Shown here in pieces: positions 55,264 through 64,000 of a stretch of 64,000 bases of DNA. The notes under the pieces were generated by a model, which was not told the origin of the DNA, made no database searches, and saw only the letters and a list, made by a program, of their open reading frames with translations. The first letter of the stretch is position 1. Every line of letters starts with the position of its first letter. The stretch lies in the NCBI RefSeq assembly GCF_009914755.1, contig NC_060932.1; one strand, written 5' to 3'. Made by a program: the position numbers and the translations under genes. This DNA is from the human T2T-CHM13v2.0 reference genome, Homo sapiens.

Positions 55264-57139
55264 TGAGTGACTGGGATCTGGGAATCTGCTGATATTTATT
55301 TTCCGTGGGCTGGCCTAGCCAAGCCAGAGGAATTCTGACACCAGCAAATAAAAAATAAAGTGTTCTTTCCCTAATTTTATGAGCAAGGCCTTCCCCCACA
55401 CAGCAGAGTTTGCCAGACCCCTGCCTGGTCCTGCCACAGGCCCTGATGTCCCCCAGATCTCAAGTACTGCTCTGGCCTTGGATTCCTCCTGCCTAGGGAT
55501 GTGCCACAGGAGAATATGAAGCAGACCCTGCCTGGACTTCAGACAGACTGACCAGGGGGAGGGGCAGGGAGGTCCAGGCGGAGGAGGGCTAGGAGCTCAG
55601 GGCAGGCTTTCTCAAACTTCAGTGACTAAGAATGAGCCAGGAAACTGACTTCTGGGCTCACCCGCAGAGATGCAGAGTCAACAGGTCTGGATTTTCAATG
55701 AACCGACGAATGACTGCCACACTTTGAGATTCACTGGCCTCAGGCAGTGAGGGGTCCCAGGGAAGGGCTTAGCAGAGCTCTGCTGTCCCGTCTGACCCAG
55801 CTCTCCAGTCACCCTGAAGCAGTTAAACCATCTTAACCTTCAGCCAGACTTAGCTTAATAAATGTGCAGTGATAAAGAACAGCTCTCTCTCTTTCAGAAG
55901 GGGATAATACTAATAACTCTTTTGCTTTCCCAAAATTGGTGTACCAGGGGCCTTGGTGGAAGAACAAGGCCTTCACTGTCTGCAGATCTGGGCTTGAACC
56001 CGACCTTATCACTTACCAACTATGGCTGTCTCACTCTGAGCTGGTTATTTAAACTTCTTGACTCTCAGTTTCCTCGCCCATAAGAGGGGACGGGTGGTAA
56101 CAAATCAATACCTGTCTCACTGATTATGTCCTTGTTAGGCCCTGTTTTTGGTCTAGGGGACAGTTAAAAGCTGTGCCAAGTGAAGGCTGTGCCATCTACT
56201 GACCCCTGCTGATGAGCAGGGACCTGTGCCTGCCAACACTGAGAGAAACTCACAGTGGGCCTGGAGAGGAGGCATGTACTCCACTTCTGGAAGCTGTTTC
56301 CACTTAATTTCCATGTCCTGGGCGTAGCTGGATAATCTCCCAGATGAAAAGCCATGTGGGTGACACCTCCTCCCCAAAGCACCTCTTACTCTCTAAGAAG
56401 TGCTTGCCATTCATTCTTCCATACAATCATTGATTGGTTCATTTATTTTTTCATTTAACAATTGTTTTTGAGCATAAAAATGTGCCAGGCAGCATGCAAA
56501 GTACTGGAAATAAAATAGTGAATAACACAGCAATATTCTTTCTTTTTTGGAGCTCACATTTTTGCATGGGAGTGAATCAAATAAACAACCAGGGTAATTG
56601 CAACCAAAAGTGACTGCAATCCACGTCCACCTCAGTGTGCAACACATGAGGTCAAGCCTAACTATAGCCACTTGTTAGGTGTTTACCATGTGCCAGGAGC
56701 TTTCCTGAGTGTTTTATATCTGCTGTCTCATTTAATTCTCACAATGAGCTCTTAAAGTGGGTTTTATCACTCTCATTTTACAGATAAGCAAAATAAGGAA
56801 CAAAAAGTTTAGACGATTTACCCAAGCTCACATGGCTAGCAATGTGATCAAACCAGAATCCAAATCCTGTTATGTCCTCGCTCTTGGCCATCATTTGAGA
56901 CTGTCCCATGACCCTAGAGGACCCCGACATGGCAGCAGGACAACCCTTCAATCAGAAAACCTTCTCCAAGCCGGGAAGACAGATAGGTTCCTCAGCCCAC
57001 TAATCCAGGGGAGACTTAGAACTAATTCAGGACTAACATTCAACAGATTGTTACTTCCCCAAGTCCACTGCTAATTGCTGTGGTACTGTCATCACACAAA
57101 ATAATAGTGGGAGGGCCTCTTCAGCAACTGCCTTCAAAT

Positions 57140-57162
57140 ACACACACACATACACACTATAG

Positions 57163-57194
<32 letters not shown>

Positions 57195-57198
57195 TATA
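57140..57198. repeat. (CA)n, poly-A, (TA)n compound microsatellite
   Basis: Directly visible. Confidence 0.88.
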
Positions 57199-57741
57199 AT
57201 CTCCCCACCATTGTATATTTGTAATTTGTGTGGAGAGGGAAAGCAGACACAGTTGATCCACACATTCTTTGAATGGTGATGGACCTTGGCTATTAGACTT
57301 CTGGCTTCCTCTCTTATGGAACTTCAGAATTCTGTCCCCTCCCAGTGTCCCAGAGGGGTGATGGTTCTTACAGAATCAGGTTATTACAAAACACCTGAAT
57401 CCCATATTCAGACAGCTTGGATCAGCGGTTGAGCTGAAATCCTACTTGTCTATAATTTCCACTTTTATCCTATTTCTGCTATCTGAAGCCATATACCAAA
57501 AAGTTATTTCCTTATCCAAATAAATAGAGAAAGCCCTTCAATTATTATACAGTGTTATTCCCACACACTGACCCCATTCCTATCAATTTTCTCTTCTTCA
57601 GGGGAGAAACACATCTTTTGATGACCTAGTTTTGGGTCTCTTCACTGTCCAGGTAACCCTCTTCTGGGTGGATATTAGTTGTCTAAAAAGGGCCTTTCCA
57701 TTCGAAGACTAGATCAAATGCATTAAAGAATTTTAGCTTCC

Positions 57742-57778
57742 ATCACTTCTTGGCCTTTTGGCTAAGATCAAGGTGTAG
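57742..57778 (+). pseudogene. 3'-truncated U2 snRNA retropseudogene (first ~35 nt)
   Basis: atcacttcttggccttttggctaagatcaaggtgtag vs U2 5' end ATCGCTTCTCGGCCTTTTGGCTAAGATCAAGTGTAG. Flanked by agaattttagcttcc (57727-57741) and agaattttatcttcc (57777-57791). Confidence 0.93.
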
Positions 57779-58379
57779 AATTTTATCTTCCAAGTTGTGT
57801 CTATATGGGCAATTTTGAACATACTGGACCTCAACATTGTGGATTCCTTCTGCCTTTCAAAAAGTCTTCCCTGTCAAATACCATTATATGAGATATATGC
57901 AAGAGCATCAGCATAATACTAGAACAATGGAATTTTATGTTCCTTCCTTTTCCCATTTAAAAAAAATGGGGGGAAAGAAAACCTCATGAAGTGTGCCCGT
58001 CTTCACATGCTATTTCCCCTTATCCTTCCCCTTCCCAGAATTCCTGTCCTACTAAGAAAGAACTTTATCTTGTTTCTTTTTCTTGATATATTTTCAAAAT
58101 AAGGAATTTTCCCTTTCTTCTGGAACATTTAATCTATCTGGAAGCTGATGATAATGCAGCATTTAGAAAACTCCATTTGGCAGAAAATGTAGACTTTCTT
58201 ATCCAGCTTAAATTTTTTTTCTTCTCTCAAGAACGATACCAAATGCATTTTACTGCTTTCATTCTTTGGAAATGTTCCCAACATTATTTTTCCCAAGCTA
58301 CATAAGTGATTTAATAGATTTATGTTAGAGTTTAAACAAGGAGCATGACCCAGAAAAACCACTGAATTATTAGAGAGAG

Positions 58380-61300
58380 ATAACTATAACCAACATTCTT
58401 TGTGAATTTAGATGTGAAAATTCTTAAAAATTTAGCAAATAGAATTCAACAATATATAGAAAGAACAATACATCAAGACCAAATGGAGTTTATTCCAAGA
58501 ATGCAAGTTTGGTTTAACATTCAAAAATCAATCAATATAATTAATCATAGTGGCGAGGTGTGGTGGCTCATGCCTGCAATCCTAGCACTTTGGGAGACTG
58601 AGTTGGGCGTATCACCTGAGGTCAGGAGTTTGAGACCAACCTAGCTAACATGGCAAAACCCTGTCTCTACTAAAAATACAAAAATTACCCTGGTGTGGTG
58701 GTGCATGCCTGTAATCCCAATTACTCAGGAGGCTGAGGCAGGAGAATCACTTGAACCTGGGAGGTGTAGGTTGTGAGCCAAGATTGCACCACTGCACTCC
58801 AGCAACAGAGCGAGACTCCGTCTCAAAACAACAACAACAACAAAAAGCCACTAAAACTAATAAATGAGTTTAGCAATGTTGCAAGATAAAAAGTCAATAT
58901 ACTTAAAAAATTACTTCATTGTATTTCTGTACACTGGCAACAAAAGTCAGAAATTGAGATTTTAAAATACCAGGTATAATGGCATCAAAAATATGTAAAT
59001 TAGGGATAAATTTTAAAGATGTGTATGATTTACACATTGAAAAATATAAAAGATTTCTGAGATTAATTTAAAAAAAACCTAAATAAATGGAGAGATATAC
59101 CCTATCATGGATTGGAAGACTTAATATGGCCAAGATGTCAATTCTTTCCAAATTGATCCATAGATTCAAAGCAATCCCCTTCAAAATCCTAGCAGACCTA
59201 TTTTTTTAGAAATCGACAACTGATTTTAAAATATACATGAACATGCAAAAAAACTAGAATAGTCAAACCCAGTCAGTTCTCATTATTCCCAGTAGTTATC
59301 ATCCATAAAATATCCATAAACACTAAATTGCAAATTCTGAATCATTGCTCCTAGATGAAATACAGAGTTGGGTTCCTGAGAGCTTCCAATCACAACATTC
59401 ATCAATCAATACATAAACTTGTTTGATGTTCTGTTTAAACACACGTTTTTGAGTATATACTGTTAATTCATTAACATTGAAAGCTATCGTTCATATTTTG
59501 AATGAAGTACTTAGGAACAATAGACAGCAGATCAGCATTACTCTTGGGGGCCATTTTCAACAGCAAAATCTCCAACAAGAAGTACAAAAAGGCAAAAAAT
59601 GTGGCACTGCATAGACCACAGAAAGGATGCTTGTTCATGGGATGAGAGCTGAAATAAGAAGACAGAACGTTGCCTTGTTTGACCTTACCTGGGAATATGT
59701 GTCCTGGGTGACTCAAATTTTTTGCCACTCTGTGTATGTCCATGAATGGCTGAGAAAGTGTCATGGGTATTGACTTGGGGTTACAAGCAAATTTTAGCAA
59801 GTAGGCAGATTCACAAATATGGAATCTGTGAATCATGCACATTAAACAAAGCTTTGAAAAAGATAAAGTTCATCTTTAAATTTTGTTTAAACTACCTGAT
59901 TTCAAGACTAAGTATAAAACAACAGTAATCAAGACAGTGTGGCATTGGTATAAAGATGAACATATAGAGCAATGGAACAGAACAGAATCGAGAAATAACC
60001 CATATGTATGTGGTGAAATGATTTTTTGACGGAGTGGGAAGGCAATCCAATGAGGAAACAATAATGTCTTCAACAAATGGTGTTGCAGCAATTGAACTGC
60101 CATGTGCAAAAAAGCAAGCAAACAAACAAAAGGAACATAGATCTTGTCTTTACCTCATAACATGTATAAAAATTAATTGAAAATGTATTCTAAGCCTAAA
60201 TGCAAGAGCAGACACTATTAAATACCATGATGAAATGGTAGAAGAAAAATCTTGATGACCTCAGGTTGGCAAAGATTTCTTAAATAGTACACAAAAAGCT
60301 ACAAAACATAAAAGAAAAAAATCAATATATTTAATCACAATGAAAACATTTGCTCTTCAGTACTCTGCTACTAAAATGAAAGGGCAAGCCACAGATTGGA
60401 ATAAAACATTTGCAAAACATATGTCCAACAAAGGACTTTAGAATATAAGGAATTCTTAGCTCAGTACCAAGTACCAAGTATTCAGTACCAAGAAGACAAA
60501 CACCACCATAAAAATGGGCAAAATATTTGAACAGACACTAAACCATGGAAGACATATGGGTAGTGAAGAAGCACATGAAGAGATGCTCAATGTTATCAGA
60601 CAGGAGATATCACTATACCTCCACTAGAATGGATTTTTTTTTTTTTTTTTTGAGACAGAGTCTTGCTCTGTCGCCCAGGCTGGAGTGCAGTGGCGTGATC
60701 TCAGCTCACTGCAACCTCTGCCTCCTGGGCCAAGCAATTCCCCTGCCTCAACCTCCAAGTAGCTGGATCTACAGGCACGCACCACCAAGCCTGGCTAATT
60801 TTTTTTTTGTATTTACTAGTAGAGATGGGGTTTCACCATGTTGGCCAGGCTGGTCTTGAACTTCTGAACTCAGATCATCTGTCCACCTCAGCCTCCCAAA
60901 GTGCTGGGATTACAGTCTTGAGCCACTGTGCCTGACCAGAGTGGATAAATTTTAAAAGATTGACTATACCATGTGTTCGCAAAATTGGGAACTGGAATGC
61001 TCATACATCACCAGTGGTCATGTAAAATGGTTCAGCCACTCTGGAAAACAGCTTAGCGGTTTCTTACAAAGTTAGATATTTACCTATCATGTGACCCAGC
61101 CATTCCACTTTTAAGTATTTACTCAAAAGAAATAAAAGTTTATGTCTAAAAAAAGATTTGAACACAAATGTTCACATCAGCTTTACTTGTAATAGCCCCA
61201 AACTGAAAACAACTCACATGTTGATTAACAGATGAATGGGTGATACACTGCAATACACGCATCCTGTATAATACTCCTCTGCAGTGAAAAGAATGCACTA

Positions 61301-61645
61301 TTGAAACATGCAGTAGCCTGGATGCATCTCCAAATCACTATGCTGAATGAAAGAAACCAGACCCAAAAAAACCAGAACATACCATGTGGTTCCATTTGTA
61401 TAAAATTTTTGGAAATGGTGCCTACTCAGTAATGACAGAGAGCAGATTAGTGGGTGCTTGGGGCCAAGGAGTGGGGAGCAGCAGGGAGAGGGATTACAAA
61501 GCAGCATCAGGAAACTTGGGGGGGTGATGACTATGCTCATTATCTTGATTGTGGTGATGATATATTGATAAGCCCGATTTATCAAACTGTACACTTGAAG
61601 TATGTACAGTTTATTGTATGCCAGTTGTCACTCAATAAAGCTGAC
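58380..61645 (+). mobile_element. Old L1 (L1M) ORF2 and 3'UTR, interrupted by Alu (58552-58845, +), MER82-like element (59270-59835) and Alu (60634-60937, -)
   Basis: [34 protein letters not shown] (ORF2 RT region); tcatggattggaagact; ttcaacaaatggtgtt; ends ctcaataaagct. Confidence 0.85.
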
Positions 61646-62885
61646 ATTCATTAATCAGAACAAGGTTTCGGAAGTAAGTAGTGGCGCTGGACCAGACTGC
61701 CTTTCTGGAATAGTTTGTTTGTGGCATCAGTGGAGGATGAGAGAAGGAATGTAAGCAGGGATAAAGTATGGAGCAATTTGATTCTCAAGCTAAGTTCCAA
61801 CAGTGTCCTTTGTTGAGTAGGGGAATTGAACACAGGGTGTCAAGGGCAAAACCAGGTCATTTTAGTAAATTGGGGCTGGCAATAATGTATGTGCTGTATT
61901 AGAGGTAGAGAGTGGGGCAGGGATGCCTTCACTCATCCGCTCATTCATTCAATACCTGTGGATTCCCCTCTATGGGCCTGATACTCTTATGGGGTATTTT
62001 TCTTACATATTAGGGACCCAAGAAACATTCAGATCTTGGCTTCCCTTTTACCCCCCACACAGAGAGCAGAATATAAAAGATGGAATCAGAGAACAATTCT
62101 AATCAGTCCAGTCAATTCAGTGTATGTTTCTTACGCCCGCAGAATTAAGTAGGAGACCACGGCAACCATCCCAGCCCCAGGGAGGAGTTTATGACATCAG
62201 ATAGGTGATGGCTGGTGGGTTCAGAGTAATTAAGACTGATGGATAACTGCAGAGAGGAAATCTAGTTTTCAGGGCAAACAGATGCGTCCAAGAGAGAGCC
62301 CACACACGTGGTTGGATGCAGCTGGAGATGGAGAATTCCAGTTCAAGGAAAAGGCCTGGGCAGTATGTGTTTGGTGGTGGTCGTTGACCCTGAAAATAGA
62401 TGGAATCTTGGAGGGAGAAAGCGAGTGTGGAAAGTGAAGGTCAGGTTGTGAGCTCTGGGGCAGCCCACAGTCAGAGGGTGGGTCAAAGCTAGAAGGGCGA
62501 GCAGGCCGCACGCACACACACGCAAAGCAGCTGCCTTCACTGACAATCAATGGCAGCCACCTGAGCTGTGGCTGAGCTGCTGTGAGCCGAAGCAGTGGGC
62601 TTGCTAAATGCCGTCATCCAGCTTCCCCTTGACCCTGGCTGTCAGGCCTGGGTCTGGGAACTTAGGGATCATTTTGTGCAGTCTGCTCACCCTCTGGCTG
62701 TGCCAGGGCACAGGATTTTCTACAAAAGAAGGAATCTGGGGTGAGTAGAGCCCCATGGGAGAACTGAGCTGACTAAATGTGAGTGGAGAAATGCCAATTA
62801 TGAAAAAAATGTACATATCAGGGGAACATGAGCTTGAACCTTGCACAGCTTTTCCTCCGCTTGGCTGTTTTTATGAGGACCCAGG

Positions 62886-63075
62886 CAAGTGGTTCTCAAA
62901 GTGTGGTCCCCCCGGAAAACAATATCAGCTTTGCCCGGAACTTACTAGAAATGCAGGTTCCCAGGCTTACCCTAGACCCACTGAATCAGGACCTCTGGAA
63001 CTGGGGCCCAGGAATGTGGGTTTTCCCAAGCCCTCCAGGGGATGTCGATGTACGCTGCAGTTTAAGGACTACTGA
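62886..63075. mobile_element. MER5A-like hAT MITE
   Basis: caagtggttctcaaagtgtggtccc...agtttaaggactactg. Confidence 0.82.
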
Positions 63076-64000
63076 CTTAGATGTTTTAAATAAGATCTCT
63101 CCCTGGCAGCATCCACTCAAAAGGGGGTTTATATTAAGAACATAATGTGACAACGGTTTGGAAATTGAAAAGCACTCTACAGGAGTAGGACATTATTTTT
63201 GTTTGTTTATTTATTATTTTTGTCAACCTCATTCACTCAGATTTCACTGTATTTTAGAACTTGTTTCAGAGATTCCCCCCTTCCTCCTTTTCCCTTCCCC
63301 GAGGAAAACCAAAATCTTGTTAGTGAACAGGAGAATTGATTGAAAAAAAATTCAACTGCTGCGGGAAAGGAGGAGACTAGGCACAGCTGGAGTTTGCCTG
63401 AAAGGATAATTTTCTCAGTGACATTGGGTTTGTTTTGTTTCTTTCAGTGTAGAAGCACGAGGCTGATGACTCATTTACCATTGGAAGACTTCAAATCCAA
63501 ACTGCAGTTGTCAAAATAAGATTAGTGCTTTCAGACATGATGAAAGAGAGGGCATGGTCTCGAAAAGGCAAGCTTGGGTTTTGCCTGCATTTGTGGAGCC
63601 CTAACTCATAGCAAGCTTTCCTGTGGGAGTGGGCAGAGACCCCATCGTTTACCCAGTTGAGTGAAATGGCAGCCCTAATAACCCACTTCTCCTTCTCTCT
63701 TGCTGTGATAAACAATTTCTGATTTCTACATCTCAGATTAAATAACAGCAAGAGCTATAAAAAGTAGAGGGTGTCTCCTAAAGGTGTTCATTTGCTTTAA
63801 CTCCAAAGATGAGATTAAACTGTCATTGGTGTCAACAGCGTGCAGTGCAGCTTGTCTAAAATTCTGAAACGTTGGTGAAACCCTTTGATTTAGCCCTGGA
63901 TGATGGCCATAGCCTTTGCCCCATGCTCCGTGCTCCCCCCTCAGTTCTGCCTCCTTCCGGTGTAAGCAGATGAAAGTTTCCAAGTTCTCTGGACTGAGAT

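Noticed and set aside
58402-58550. Reverse-transcriptase-like peptide
   Set aside because: Decayed L1 ORF2 fragment broken by insertions and stops; not an active or domesticated RT.

Overview
Primate (most likely human) genomic DNA lying wholly inside the matrilin-2 gene (MATN2, + strand). The only credible coding sequence is two internal phase-1/phase-1 exons: 42414-42983 (570 nt, first vWF-A domain with intact MIDAS) and 53241-53363 (123 nt, first EGF-like module). The rest is intron packed with Alus (J, S, Y, FLAM/FRAM), MIR/L2/L1 relics, MaLR and ERV1 solo LTRs, and hAT/Tigger DNA-transposon fossils, often nested. Nearly all other ORFs in the track are Alu- or repeat-derived. The most unusual items are: a 118-bp mitochondrial ATP6 fragment (NUMT) inserted into the right arm of an Alu (19520-19637); a tail-less 78-bp Alu piece that looks copied from a specific Alu 2.7 kb upstream (32156-32233); a 3'-truncated U2 snRNA retrocopy with 15-bp TSDs (57742-57778); an old ~470-bp local duplication with one copy later hit by two Alus; a G-rich 31-bp minisatellite; and a short ancient-repeat-like element with 16-bp subrepeats after the EGF exon. 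I see no evidence for a new multi-gene system. Repeat family names and mtDNA comparisons are from memory and boundaries are read by eye.
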